Below the pieces are notes generated by a model. It was not told the DNA's origin, did no database searches, and was given only the letters and a program-made list of their open reading frames with translations. A DNA stretch of 32,000 bases from Erysipelotrichaceae bacterium (GTDB taxonomy: Bacteria; Bacillota_I; Bacilli_A; Erysipelotrichales; Erysipelotrichaceae). How positions within the stretch are numbered: the first letter of the stretch is position 1; every line of letters begins with the position of its first letter. This document shows positions 6,669 to 16,889 of this stretch, piece by piece. The stretch covers positions 1-32,000 of the forward strand of contig OY781039.1 of assembly GCA_963676105.1 (NCBI GenBank), in the 5' to 3' direction. Both the position numbers and the translations under genes were made by a program.

Positions 6669-9600
6669 ATGTCTGAGAAAAAATATTTATCGATGGATGG
6701 TAACCAAGCAACCGCGCACGTAGCGTACGCATTTACTGAAGTTGCGGCTATCTATCCAATCACACCATCTTCTCCAATGGCTGAACATGTCGATGCCTGG
6801 GCTTCAAAAGGCCGCAAAAACTTGTTCGGTGACGTTGTTAGAGTTGTAGAAATGCAATCAGAAGGTGGCGCATCTGGTGCCGTTCACGGTGCCTTACAAG
6901 GCGGTGCATTAGCCGCTACATTTACTGCATCACAAGGTTTACTATTGATGCTTCCAAACCTTTATAAATGGGTTGGTGAATTATTACCTGCAGTTATGCA
7001 CGTATCTGCACGATCACTAGCTACTCGTGCTTTATCTATCTTTGGTGATCACCAAGATATCTATGCCGTTCGTCAAGCTGGCGCAACGATGATTTCAGCA
7101 CACTCTGTCCAAGAAGCAATGGACTTAGCGGGTGTTGCTCACTTAACAGCTATTAAATCTGAAGCTCCGGTTATTCATTTCTTTGATGGTTTTAGAACTT
7201 CACATGAAATTCAAAAAGTTGAAGTTATTGATACTGATGAGCTTTTTAAATTGATTGATAAAGATGCATTAGAACGTTTCCGTGCTCGTGCCCTCAATCC
7301 ACATACAAATCCAGTAACACGTGGTGGTGCTGAAAATGATGACGTTTACTTCCAAGCTCGTGAAGCTCAAAACGAACACTATAACCAAGTACTTCCAATT
7401 GTTGAAGATTACATGGCTAAAGTGTCAAAAATTACTGGACGTCATTACGCGCCATTTACTTACTATGGTGCAGCTGATGCAGACCGCGTTATTATTGCGA
7501 TGGGTTCTGTAACTCAAGCAACTGAAGAAGTTGTTGATGCGATGAATGCAGCTGGCGCAAAAGTCGGGCTTGTTAAAGTCCACCTATATCGTCCATTTGC
7601 AGCAGATCGTTTGATTTCTGTATTACCTAAATCTGTTAAGAGTGTTGCAGTTTTAGACCGTACAAAAGAACAAGGTGCTAATGACCCTCTATTCTTAGAC
7701 GTATATGCAGCTCTTAAAGGTGTTAATGACATCGAAGTTATCGTTGGTGGACGTTATGGTTTATCTTCAAAAGATACACAACCTGCTGACATTAAAGCTG
7801 TCTATGACAACTTAGTTGCAGAAAAACCTGTACACAGTTTCACAATTTCAATTATTGATGATGTGACTAACTTATCACTTAAATCAGATGAAAACTTTAA
7901 AGTTGAAACTGATTATACATCTTGCTTATTCTACGGTTTAGGTTCAGATGGTACTGTTAGTGCTAATAAAAATGCGATTAAAATTATCGGTGATAACACA
8001 GATCTTTATTCACAAGCATATTTCGCTTATGACTCAAAGAAAGCTGGTGGTGTAACTCGTTCTAACTTACGTTTTGGTCCATCTCCAATTAAATCAACTT
8101 ATTATGTAAAAAATGCTGACTTCATTTCATGTTCTATGGATTCATTCTTATTGAACTATGATATGTTGAAGAACTTAAAAGACGGTGGTACTTTCTTACT
8201 TAACACTTCATTCACATTAGATGAAATTGAAGGACAATTACCTAACCGAGTTAAGAAACAATTAGCTGACAAAAATGCAAAATTATTCATTATTGATGCG
8301 ACTAAGATTGCTGAATCAATTGGTATGGGTCGTCGTACAAATACCATCCTTCAATCTTCATTCTTTGCATTAAATGAACAAATTCTACCTTATGACAAAG
8401 CACTTGTTTATATGAAAGAAGCTGCTAAAAAATCATATTCTAAAAAAGGTGAAGAAATCGTTAAATTAAACTATGAAGCGATTGATAATGGTAAATCTGG
8501 TTTAGTAGAAGTACCTGTAAAAGTTGAATGGTCTAACTTAACAGTTGTTAAGACACGTAAAGTTACTGGTGATGAATACTTCGATAGCCACGTTGATCCA
8601 ATCAATGCATTAGATGGTTATGAAGTTCCTGTTTCAGAATTCATGAAATATGGTTTACTTGATGGTTCATTCAGAAATAATGTTGCTTATCAAGAACATA
8701 GACAATCGGCTACACAAGTGCCTATGTGGCATCCAGAAAACTGTATCCAATGTGGATTCTGTTCTATGGTTTGTCCGCATGCAACCATCCGTACATTTGT
8801 ATTAACAGATGAAGAAGTTGCGAATGCACCAATGGAATTCGAAACATTACCTGCAATGGGTAAAGGTTTAGAAGATCTTAAATATCGTGTTATGGTTTCA
8901 CCTGACAACTGTGTTGGATGTAACCTATGTGTTGTTGAGTGCCCAGGTAAAGGTGGTCAAAAAGCCCTTACGATGGAAGATGTTAAAGAACGTCTATACG
9001 AAGCACCTCTTGCTGACTACATGTACAAACACACTGAATACAAAACTGACTTAGTTGATTCAAGCACAATCAAAGGCTCACAATTCTTAGAACCTTACTT
9101 CGAAGTATCTGGTGCTTGTGCTGGTTGTGGCGAAACACCTTACTACAAACTTGCATCTCAATTATTCGGTAAAGATATGTTAATTGCCAACGCAACAGGT
9201 TGTTCTTCAATCTATTGTGGTTCTGCACCATCTACACCATTTGTTACTGACAAAAACGGTGAAGGTATTGCTTGGGGTAACTCATTATTCGAAGACAATG
9301 CTGAATATGGTTTCGGTATGAAAGTTGCTCAAGAGTTCAAAGCAAAACGTGTTGTTGAACTTGTAACTGCTGCCAAAGAAGAAGACAGTGCTTTAGCTGA
9401 TGTTGTTGATCGTTATGTGGCTGTTAAAGGTACACGTAATGAAGAACGTCTAGTTGTTAAAGAACTTGTTGCTGCTCTAAAAGCATCTAAATCAGCATCT
9501 GCTGCTCTAGCACTTGAAATGGAACGTGACTTCGTTTCTAACTCAGTCTGGATTGTTGGTGGTGATGGTTGGGCTTATGACATCGGTTACGGTGGCTTAG

Positions 9601-10172
9601 ACCATGTTATCGCTAATAACTTAGATGTTAATATCTTAATCTTAGATACAGAAGTTTACTCCAATACTGGTGGTCAATCTTCTAAAGCTTCTCAAACTGG
9701 TTCGATTGCGAAATTCGCAGCTGGTGGTAAACCAACAGCTAAGAAAGACATCGGTCAAATCGCTATGGCTTATGGACATGTCTATGTAGCTTCCGTTTCT
9801 ATGGGTGCTAATCGTATGCAAACCATTAAAGCTTTCAAAGAAGCTGAAGCGTATAAAGGTCCATCAATGATCATCGCTTACTCACCATGTATCGAACACG
9901 GTATTAAAGGTGGCTTAATGAACCATCAAGCGGTTCAAAAGAAAGCGGTTGAAGCTGGTTACTGGACACTTTATCGTTACAACCCAGAAACTGAAACATT
10001 AACACTTGATATGAAAGAACCTAAGTTCGAATTATTCCGTGACTTCATCATGAATGAAACACGTTTCAATCAATTGCCTAATGCTAACCCAGCTATGGCT
10101 GAAGAATTAATCGAATTATCAGAGAAAGATGCTAAACGTCGTTACGATCGTTTAGTCAAATTAGCTGCTTAA
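6669..10172 (+). CDS. nifJ: Pyruvate:ferredoxin (flavodoxin) oxidoreductase, single-polypeptide type
   Basis: 1167 aa. It has two ferredoxin-type 4Cys motifs (CIQCGFCSMVCPH and CVGCNLCVVECP), a TPP-binding region GGDGWAYDIGYGGLDH, and the conserved N-terminus MDGNQATAHVAY...YPITPSS. Confidence 0.95.
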   Translation: MSEKKYLSMDGNQATAHVAYAFTEVAAIYPITPSSPMAEHVDAWASKGRKNLFGDVVRVVEMQSEGGASGAVHGALQGGALAATFTASQGLLLMLPNLYKWVGELLPAVMHVSARSLATRALSIFGDHQDIYAVRQAGATMISAHSVQEAMDLAGVAHLTAIKSEAPVIHFFDGFRTSHEIQKVEVIDTDELFKLIDKDALERFRARALNPHTNPVTRGGAENDDVYFQAREAQNEHYNQVLPIVEDYMAKVSKITGRHYAPFTYYGAADADRVIIAMGSVTQATEEVVDAMNAAGAKVGLVKVHLYRPFAADRLISVLPKSVKSVAVLDRTKEQGANDPLFLDVYAALKGVNDIEVIVGGRYGLSSKDTQPADIKAVYDNLVAEKPVHSFTISIIDDVTNLSLKSDENFKVETDYTSCLFYGLGSDGTVSANKNAIKIIGDNTDLYSQAYFAYDSKKAGGVTRSNLRFGPSPIKSTYYVKNADFISCSMDSFLLNYDMLKNLKDGGTFLLNTSFTLDEIEGQLPNRVKKQLADKNAKLFIIDATKIAESIGMGRRTNTILQSSFFALNEQILPYDKALVYMKEAAKKSYSKKGEEIVKLNYEAIDNGKSGLVEVPVKVEWSNLTVVKTRKVTGDEYFDSHVDPINALDGYEVPVSEFMKYGLLDGSFRNNVAYQEHRQSATQVPMWHPENCIQCGFCSMVCPHATIRTFVLTDEEVANAPMEFETLPAMGKGLEDLKYRVMVSPDNCVGCNLCVVECPGKGGQKALTMEDVKERLYEAPLADYMYKHTEYKTDLVDSSTIKGSQFLEPYFEVSGACAGCGETPYYKLASQLFGKDMLIANATGCSSIYCGSAPSTPFVTDKNGEGIAWGNSLFEDNAEYGFGMKVAQEFKAKRVVELVTAAKEEDSALADVVDRYVAVKGTRNEERLVVKELVAALKASKSASAALALEMERDFVSNSVWIVGGDGWAYDIGYGGLDHVIANNLDVNILILDTEVYSNTGGQSSKASQTGSIAKFAAGGKPTAKKDIGQIAMAYGHVYVASVSMGANRMQTIKAFKEAEAYKGPSMIIAYSPCIEHGIKGGLMNHQAVQKKAVEAGYWTLYRYNPETETLTLDMKEPKFELFRDFIMNETRFNQLPNANPAMAEELIELSEKDAKRRYDRLVKLAA

Positions 10173-10182
10173 TTTTGACTGA

Positions 10183-10210
10183 CAGGGCTCACTTAGAGCC
10201 CTGTTTTTTT
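10183..10210 (+). terminator. Intrinsic terminator after the PFOR gene
   Basis: CAGGGCUC-acuua-GAGCCCUG followed by UUUUUUU. Confidence 0.85.
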
Positions 10211-10211
10211 A

Positions 10212-10220
10212 TGGTATAAT
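10212..10220 (+). promoter_or_regulatory. Extended -10 promoter (TGgTATAAT) for the glycosyltransferase operon
   Basis: TGgTATAAT at 10212-10220. The ATG at 10235 is only 14 nt downstream, with no obvious Shine-Dalgarno. Confidence 0.6.
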
Positions 10221-10234
10221 TTAGACTGAACGAT

Positions 10235-11242
10235 ATGAAAATTTGTCTATATTTCGAAGCAGAGCGAATCATTTCAGGCTCTGGTATTGGGCGTGCTCAA
10301 ATCCATCAAAAAATAGCACTTGAAAGTGCGGGTGTTTCATATACCTTAGATCCAAATGATGATTATGATTTACTGCATATCAATACAATTGGACCTGTAT
10401 CCATGACAACCATTGCGACAGCAAGACGACGTAAAAAAGCAATCCTTTTTCATGCGCATTCAACCGAAGAAGACTTTAGAAATTCATTTATTTTCTCTAA
10501 TCGAGTTTCCTCTTTATTTAAGAAACATTTAATATCCATGTATACACAAGCAGATGTGATTGTTTCACCAACACCCTATGCGAAAAGATTGCTCGAAGGT
10601 TATGGTATAAAGTTGCCAATTCATGCGATTAGTAATGGAATAGATCTTGAGAAATATAAATATGATAAAGATAAAGCCTACGCGTTTAGACGTTATTTTT
10701 CACTTGATAAAAATCAGAAGGTGATTATTGGAGCTGGCTTATATATCAAACGTAAAGGTCTTCAAGATTTTTTAGACGTCGCATCACATTTTCCTGATAT
10801 TACATTTATTTGGTTTGGTCATTCACCATCCTATTCCATCCCAAGTGATTTAAAGAATAAAATTGAAAACCATTGTGCTAATGTCATTTTACCAGGCTAT
10901 GTAAAAGGACCGATTATTGAAGGTGCTTATATGGAAAGTGATATGTTCTTTTTTCCATCATATGAGGAAACCGAAGGGATTGTTGTCTTAGAAGCACTAG
11001 CTGCTAAGTGTCCCGTATTAATACGAGATATTGGTGTATATGAAGATTGGTTAGAAAATGGCGTTCACTGCTATAAAGCAACGGATAATATTGGCTTTGC
11101 TGAAACAATCAAAGATTTCTACGATAAAAAATTAGAAAATACCGTTGAGAATGGTTATCAAGTGGTACAAGATCGAACACTCGATAAAATTGGTCAACAA
11201 CTAAAAGCTCTTTATGAAAGTATGTTGGAGGGAAAAGAATGA
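10235..11242 (+). CDS. GT4 (GT-B fold) glycosyltransferase, probably a membrane glycolipid synthase (CpoA / diglycosyl-diacylglycerol synthase-like)
   Basis: 335 aa with the C-terminal GT-B motif FFFPSYEETEGIVVLEALAAKCPVL (E-x7-E). It overlaps the next GT gene by ATGA. The paired arrangement resembles the Acholeplasma alMGS/alDGS and pneumococcal cpoA loci. The specific substrate is inferred only. Confidence 0.8.
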   Translation: MKICLYFEAERIISGSGIGRAQIHQKIALESAGVSYTLDPNDDYDLLHINTIGPVSMTTIATARRRKKAILFHAHSTEEDFRNSFIFSNRVSSLFKKHLISMYTQADVIVSPTPYAKRLLEGYGIKLPIHAISNGIDLEKYKYDKDKAYAFRRYFSLDKNQKVIIGAGLYIKRKGLQDFLDVASHFPDITFIWFGHSPSYSIPSDLKNKIENHCANVILPGYVKGPIIEGAYMESDMFFFPSYEETEGIVVLEALAAKCPVLIRDIGVYEDWLENGVHCYKATDNIGFAETIKDFYDKKLENTVENGYQVVQDRTLDKIGQQLKALYESMLEGKE

Positions 11243-13209
11243 GAATCGGCTTATTCAGTGATACATATGCACCAGAAATAAATGGTGTTGTATCATCTAT
11301 TATTACACTTCAACAAGGCTTAGAAGCTTTAGGTCATGAAGTTTATATCATCACCACAAATTCTTCACTCACAAAAGTGTCGTATGAAGATCATGTTTTA
11401 AGATTGCCAGGTATTGAAATAAAGAAAATGTATGGCTATGTTTTATCATCACCCTTACATATTCGTGCTCAAAAAATGGTTAAAGAAATGAACTTAGATG
11501 TGATTCATGCCCATACTGAATTTGGGATTGGTATTTTTGCGAGAATTATCTCACATCAATTTGTATTACCATTAGTTATTACTTACCATACAACATATGA
11601 AGATTATACGCATTATGTTAATGTCTTTAATTCAAAACAGTTTGAAAAAATGGCACGTAAAACGGTTTCTAAACTATCACAAATTTATATCGATACTTCG
11701 GATGCGATTATTTCACCTAGTGATAAAACAAAACAAATGTTGTTGGGTTATGGGGTTAAAAAAGATATTCATGTTATCCCAACAGGATTAGATTTGGATC
11801 GTTTTGATCCTAGACATACAAGTGTTGAAGAAATCAAAACATTGAAAGAATCGATTGGAATAAATGAGTTAGAAAAGACAATCTTATATGTTGGACGAAT
11901 TGCCAAAGAGAAATCAATTGATTTAATCATTGATGGTTTTAATGAAATTCAGAGAGAAGATACACATCTTGTGATTGTAGGAGATGGACCTGAATTAGAT
12001 AACTTAAAGAAACAAGCTAAACGTTTAAGTTCAAATCAACGTATACATTTTTTAGGACGTAAACCTTCCAAAGAAATTCCACAATATTATCATATGAGTG
12101 ATATCTTTGTGTCTGCTTCATTAACAGAAACACAAGGGATGACATTTGTAGAATCCTTTGCCTCACATACACCTGTATTCGCACGGGAAGATGATGTCTT
12201 AAAAGAACTGATTAAAGAAAATGAGACAGGCTATTTCTTTGACACAGCTCAAAACTTCGCACAAAAGATCGAAACCTACTTAGATTTAGATGAAACACAA
12301 AAAAGCACAATACAAAATCAATCCTCAGAAATGGCTAAACCATATGCACGTGATGCTTTTATTGAAAAGGTTTTAAAAGTATATAGACAGGCGATTGAAG
12401 ATGTTAATGAATCAATGCTACTTGAAACAGTGGTGAATGTGGATGATGTGGTGGAATGTCATTTAGTGAATCGTAAGCGTGAACTAGATGTACTTGTCTC
12501 AAGAGAAATGTTTGTATTAGAAGGCTTAAGAAAGGGGAACCTAGTGACTAAAGAAACCATTGAAGAATTGATGAAGAATGAACAATTCACCAAGGCTTAT
12601 CAAAAATGTATTCGAAAATTAGCTAGTAAAGACCGTTCTGTTAAAGAAATGTATGATTTCTTAAGCGAGAAAACAAGCTTATCAATTGGCCAAATTAATA
12701 AGTTAATTGATTATTTAGAGAACAAAGGTTACCTTAACGATGAAGAGTTTGCGCAATCAATGGTACATTCTTATCGATCACTTCTTCAAGGCCGTCATAA
12801 AGTTATTCGTAATCTTCGTAAAAAAGGAATATCTGAAAAGTTAATTGATCGCGTCTTAAGTGATGAAATACTAGAAGATGAAGTTGAACATGCGATTGCT
12901 TGGGCAAATAAAGTTAAACCAAGTCTTAAGGATAAATCTTTACGGGAACTTAAACAAAGTTTAAATCAAAGAATGATTAGTCAAGGCTTTGATTTTGATG
13001 TCATTGAACAAGTCATGGGATCTTTATCCTTTAGTGAAGAAGAACAAGCTGAACTTGATAATTTACGAAAAGCAGCTATAAAAGCACGCAAACGTTATAG
13101 TGCTAAGCATAGTGGTACGGCATTAAGAAATGCCATCTTTACCTACTTAGACCATAAGGGTTATGCTTTAGATGATATTTATATTGTATTAAATGAAATG
13201 GAGTTTTAA
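11239..13209 (+). CDS. Fusion protein: N-terminal GT4 glycosyltransferase (monoglycosyl-diacylglycerol synthase-like, about aa 1-390) and C-terminal full-length RecX-like module (about aa 393-656)
   Basis: The N-terminus MRIGLFSDTYAPEINGVVSSI and the motif SASLTETQGMTFVESFASHTPV are typical of GT4. The C-terminal part has RecX-type helical repeats (KAYQKCIRKLASKDRSVKEMYDFL...LIDYLENKGYLNDEEFAQSMV...VIRNLRKKGISEKLIDRVL...LNQRMISQGFDFDVIEQVM). Before them is a Firmicute-RecX-like N-terminal segment (VECHLVNRKRELDVLVSREMFVLEGLRKGNLV). The ORF is one continuous reading frame. Confidence 0.75.
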   Translation: MRIGLFSDTYAPEINGVVSSIITLQQGLEALGHEVYIITTNSSLTKVSYEDHVLRLPGIEIKKMYGYVLSSPLHIRAQKMVKEMNLDVIHAHTEFGIGIFARIISHQFVLPLVITYHTTYEDYTHYVNVFNSKQFEKMARKTVSKLSQIYIDTSDAIISPSDKTKQMLLGYGVKKDIHVIPTGLDLDRFDPRHTSVEEIKTLKESIGINELEKTILYVGRIAKEKSIDLIIDGFNEIQREDTHLVIVGDGPELDNLKKQAKRLSSNQRIHFLGRKPSKEIPQYYHMSDIFVSASLTETQGMTFVESFASHTPVFAREDDVLKELIKENETGYFFDTAQNFAQKIETYLDLDETQKSTIQNQSSEMAKPYARDAFIEKVLKVYRQAIEDVNESMLLETVVNVDDVVECHLVNRKRELDVLVSREMFVLEGLRKGNLVTKETIEELMKNEQFTKAYQKCIRKLASKDRSVKEMYDFLSEKTSLSIGQINKLIDYLENKGYLNDEEFAQSMVHSYRSLLQGRHKVIRNLRKKGISEKLIDRVLSDEILEDEVEHAIAWANKVKPSLKDKSLRELKQSLNQRMISQGFDFDVIEQVMGSLSFSEEEQAELDNLRKAAIKARKRYSAKHSGTALRNAIFTYLDHKGYALDDIYIVLNEMEF

Positions 13210-13210
13210 G

Positions 13211-14152
13211 ATGGATCGTATTCAAATCAAAGATTTTAAAGAGGGAGATAAAATTCAAACTAGCCTTTTAATTACACAATTAACCAAAGGTGTAACCACC
13301 TCTGGTGCACCGTATGCTTCAATCGCTTTAAGCGATAAAACAGGCGTTATAGATGGTAAGTTGTGGGATGTAAAAGATGGACAATTGGATGGTATTGATG
13401 CAGGTAAAGTAGTCAGTGTAAGTGCTGAAGTTTTAAAGTATCGAAATGCTTTACAATTACGTTTGTATTCACTCAATGCTTTAGATGCATCAGAGTTTGA
13501 TGCTGAGGATTATGTACGCGGATCACACTTAAGCCAGTTTGAAATGAAAACACAAATGGGTAAAATCTTATCTTCAATAAAAGATAAAATCTACCATGAT
13601 ATCTGTGTAGCAGTTGTTAGCGAATTTGAAGATCGTTTATATACTTCACCAGCAGCTTCAAAAAATCATCATGAATTTGCAGGAGGGCTAGCGACTCATG
13701 TCATTGCGATGTGTAACTTAGCAGATTCAATCTGTAATCTTTATCCACAACTAAATCGAGACTTACTCATTGGCGGTGTACTAATGCATGACATGGGTAA
13801 AACCATAGAATTATCAGGACCAATATTAACAGAATATACTTTAGAGGGTAAACTTATTGGACATATTTCGATTATGGAAAGTAAAGTTAAAGAAATTTCT
13901 AAAAAACTAAATGTTGAAGATAGTGAACAATCCTTATTACTCAGACATCTTATCCTATCTCATCATGGTCAACTTGAATATGGATCACCAGTTAGACCGA
14001 TGGTTATGGAAGCTGAAATATTAACTTTTGTAGATAACATTGATGCACGTATGAATATGTTTGATAAAGCGCTGGATAATATTGAAGAGGGTGAGTGGAC
14101 ACCACGTATATTCCCACTTGAAAACAGATCTTTTTATAAACCTAAGAAATAA
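13211..14152 (+). CDS. yhaM: 3'-5' exoribonuclease YhaM (OB-fold plus HD domain)
   Basis: MDRIQIKDFKEGDKI...KGVTTSGAPYASIALSDKTGVIDGKLWD matches the YhaM OB-fold N-terminus. HD-domain motifs HHEFAGGLATH and LMHDMGK are present. I prefer the ATG at 13211 (GGAG 7 nt upstream) over the track start at 13193. Confidence 0.85.
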   Translation: MDRIQIKDFKEGDKIQTSLLITQLTKGVTTSGAPYASIALSDKTGVIDGKLWDVKDGQLDGIDAGKVVSVSAEVLKYRNALQLRLYSLNALDASEFDAEDYVRGSHLSQFEMKTQMGKILSSIKDKIYHDICVAVVSEFEDRLYTSPAASKNHHEFAGGLATHVIAMCNLADSICNLYPQLNRDLLIGGVLMHDMGKTIELSGPILTEYTLEGKLIGHISIMESKVKEISKKLNVEDSEQSLLLRHLILSHHGQLEYGSPVRPMVMEAEILTFVDNIDARMNMFDKALDNIEEGEWTPRIFPLENRSFYKPKK

Positions 14153-14171
14153 GCGATTCATCGCTTTTTTT
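14151..14171 (+). terminator. Intrinsic terminator after yhaM
   Basis: AGCGA-uuca-UCGCU followed by UUUUUUU. The stem is short. Confidence 0.55.
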
Positions 14172-14192
14172 CTTAAGCAATTCTCTTGTTAA

Positions 14193-14211
14193 TATACCCC
14201 TAATGGGTATA
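14193..14211. promoter_or_regulatory. CsoR-type operator overlapping the cop promoter
   Basis: Inverted repeat TATACCC-ctaat-GGGTATA has the GC-tract pseudo-palindrome typical of CsoR boxes. It is embedded in TTGTTA (14186-14191), 16 nt, TATACA (14208-13), and csoR is encoded in the same operon. Confidence 0.65.
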
Positions 14212-14234
14212 CACTATACATGGAGGTACTTAAT

Positions 14235-14441
14235 ATGATTAAAACCTATCGTGTGGAAGGCATGACTTGCATGCACTGTGTGCACCACGTAAAAGAAGCA
14301 CTCACAGAATTAGAAGGCGTTAAAGACGCTAAAGTTTCCTTAGATTCCAAAACTGCAGTTGTGGACTCTGAAACAGAAATTGCATTTGATGTAATCAAAG
14401 CAGCTGTTGAAGAAGTCGGTTACGAAGTTTTCGAGAAATAA
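14235..14441 (+). CDS. copZ: Copper chaperone CopZ (HMA domain)
   Basis: MIKTYRVEGMTCMHCVHHVKEAL contains the MxCxxC metal-binding motif. GGAGG lies 8 nt upstream of the ATG at 14235, which I prefer over the track start at 14220. Confidence 0.9.
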   Translation: MIKTYRVEGMTCMHCVHHVKEALTELEGVKDAKVSLDSKTAVVDSETEIAFDVIKAAVEEVGYEVFEK

Positions 14442-16888
14442 TGGAAAAACAATTTAGAGTAACGGGGATGACATGCGCAAGTTGTAGTGCTGCCGTCTCC
14501 CGCACTCTTAAGAAAATCGAAGGCGTAGAAAAAGCGGATGTTAATCTAACGACTGAAAAAGTTTTAGTGGATTATAATCCGGAAATTGCCTTTGATACCT
14601 TAAAAACTGCAGTTGAAAAAGCAGGTTATGGACTCGAGGAAATTAGTAATCATCGTGAAATTGTTTTAGATGTCGAAGGTATGACATGTGCCTCTTGTTC
14701 GGCTGCAATTGAACGTAAATTAGGTAAACAAGCAGGGGTTGATAAGATTCAAGTAAATTTGGCCACCAATACTGCATCTTTAAAATATGATCCATCTCAG
14801 GTTAAACTTTCAGAACTTGAACAGGTGGTAGATAAATTGGGTTACCACATTAAAGAACAAGAAAAAACAAAGGATTTAAGTGAGGAAGAGCGCAAGAAAC
14901 TTGCTCACTACAAAGATATGACCTTTAGACTTCGTCTAGCAGCTGTCTTTGCGATTCCTTTATTGTATTTAACAATGGGACATATGATACCGGGTTTAAC
15001 ACTCCCACTTCCTTCATTTTTGAATCATCATATGTATCCACTTAATTTTGCCTTAGCGCAAGTATTTTTAAGTATACCTATCCTTTATGCAGGTCGTAAA
15101 TTCTTCACCATTGGCTTTAAAACATTAAAGAGTTTATCACCCAACATGGATAGTCTAGTTGCGATTGGAACTGGTTCAGCTTTTATCTATGGATTATATG
15201 CGACTTATCAAATCGCAATCGGAAATACAGATTGGGTCAATTCTCTATACTTTGAATCTGCCGGTGTTGTTATTACCTTAATATTGCTTGGGAAATGGTT
15301 AGAAGAAAGATCTAAGGCAAAAACATCACAAGCAATTCAAAAGTTGATCGAGTTATCACCAAAAACAGCTCACTTGGTAAAAGGTGATGAAGTCTTAGAT
15401 GTACGTTTAGAAGAAATCTTACATGAAGACATCATTCTTGTTAAACCAGGTGAAAAAATTCCAGTAGATGGATTTGTTGTTGAAGGAGTATCATCTGTTG
15501 ATGAAAGCTTAATCTCAGGTGAATCACTTCCTGTTGAAAAGACGATTAATTCAAAAGTTTTAGGTGGATCCATAAATACTTATGGTTCATTTAAATTTAA
15601 AGCGAGCGCAGTAGGCGAAGAAACAGCTCTAGCTCAAATTATTAAATTGGTTGAAGATGCTCAATCTCAAAAAGCACCAATTGCGGCACTAGCCGATAAA
15701 ATATCAGGTGTCTTTGTACCTGTTGTCATGGGGATTGCAGTACTTAGCGCAATCGTATGGTTTATGGTAGGAAAAGACTTTAACTTTGTCTTAAATATCT
15801 TTGTATCAATTTTGGTTATTGCTTGTCCTTGTGCTTTAGGTCTGGCAACGCCTACCGCTATTATGGTAGGTTCTGGTCGTGGTGCAAGTTTAGGTATCTT
15901 GTTTAAAGGTGGTGAAGCTTTAGAAAATACGCAAGCGGTTGATACCATCCTTTTAGATAAAACAGGTACTCTCACTGAAGGTAAGATGCGTCTAACAGAT
16001 CTTGTTTCTAAGTCGTTAGATGAAGATGCATTCTTACAATTGGTTGCATCAGCTGAGATCAACTCTGAACATCCAATTGCGAAAGCGATTGTGAATGCGG
16101 CCAAAGAAAAAGAGATTAAAACCCTTAAAACTGAAAGTTTTGAAGCAGTTGCGGGTAAAGGTTTAAGTGCTAAAATCAACGGACAAGTTGTCTTTATTGG
16201 CAATGATAAGCTAATGCTTGAAAACAGTATCAAACTTGATTTAGAAGCAGACACCTTATCTAGTCAGGGTAAAACAGTTTTACATGTTGTGATTGATGGA
16301 TCCTATGCAGGTTATATGGCAGTGGCCGATACACTTAAAGAAAATAGTGTTAAAGCGATTGCTGAACTTAAAAAATTAGGGTTAAAAACCATTATGGTGA
16401 CAGGTGACAATAAAAAAACAGCTGAGTATATCGCAACCCAATTGAACTTAGATAAAGTTTTTGCGGAAGTGTTACCACAAGATAAAGCTAAAGTCGTTGA
16501 AGAACTACAAGCTTCTGGAAGAAATGTCGCAATGGTTGGTGATGGTATTAATGATGCGGTCGCCTTAACATTAGCTAATGTTGGAATAGCCATTGGTACT
16601 GGTACAGATGTTGCGATGGAAAGTGCTGACGTTGTGCTTATGCACTCAGATGTATTTGACATTGTTGATGCGATTCACTTATCAAAAGCAACCCTTAGAA
16701 ACATTAAGCAAAATTTATTCTGGGCTTTCATATATAATATTATTGGGATCCCCTTTGCGGCAGGTGTCTTTTATGCCTTTGGCGGAGTTCTCTTGAACCC
16801 AGTTATTGCGGGCAGTGCAATGGCTATGAGTTCAGTATCAGTCGTAAGTAATGCCTTAAGATTACGTACACTGAAGTGGAGGAAGTAA
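14441..16888 (+). CDS. copA: Copper-translocating P1B-type ATPase CopA with two N-terminal HMA domains
   Basis: It has two GMTCASCS motifs, the transmembrane CPC motif (ACPCALGLATP), the phosphorylation site DKTGTLT, SEHPIA, and GDGINDA. Confidence 0.95.
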   Translation: MEKQFRVTGMTCASCSAAVSRTLKKIEGVEKADVNLTTEKVLVDYNPEIAFDTLKTAVEKAGYGLEEISNHREIVLDVEGMTCASCSAAIERKLGKQAGVDKIQVNLATNTASLKYDPSQVKLSELEQVVDKLGYHIKEQEKTKDLSEEERKKLAHYKDMTFRLRLAAVFAIPLLYLTMGHMIPGLTLPLPSFLNHHMYPLNFALAQVFLSIPILYAGRKFFTIGFKTLKSLSPNMDSLVAIGTGSAFIYGLYATYQIAIGNTDWVNSLYFESAGVVITLILLGKWLEERSKAKTSQAIQKLIELSPKTAHLVKGDEVLDVRLEEILHEDIILVKPGEKIPVDGFVVEGVSSVDESLISGESLPVEKTINSKVLGGSINTYGSFKFKASAVGEETALAQIIKLVEDAQSQKAPIAALADKISGVFVPVVMGIAVLSAIVWFMVGKDFNFVLNIFVSILVIACPCALGLATPTAIMVGSGRGASLGILFKGGEALENTQAVDTILLDKTGTLTEGKMRLTDLVSKSLDEDAFLQLVASAEINSEHPIAKAIVNAAKEKEIKTLKTESFEAVAGKGLSAKINGQVVFIGNDKLMLENSIKLDLEADTLSSQGKTVLHVVIDGSYAGYMAVADTLKENSVKAIAELKKLGLKTIMVTGDNKKTAEYIATQLNLDKVFAEVLPQDKAKVVEELQASGRNVAMVGDGINDAVALTLANVGIAIGTGTDVAMESADVVLMHSDVFDIVDAIHLSKATLRNIKQNLFWAFIYNIIGIPFAAGVFYAFGGVLLNPVIAGSAMAMSSVSVVSNALRLRTLKWRK

Positions 16889-16889
16889 T

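Noticed and set aside
5268-16796. Short internal or antisense track ORFs inside the MATE, PFOR, GT, yhaM and copA genes (for example 5268..5552-, 7321..7512+, 7514..7732-, 8156..8347-, 8690..8908-, 11597..11791+, 13255..13476-, 15370..15573-, 15667..16254-, 16312..16662-, 16593..16796+)
   Set aside because: Each is fully nested in a confidently identified gene with strong family motifs. Their products are compositionally odd (Ser/Thr/Ala/Ile-rich antisense translations) and lack ribosome-binding sites.
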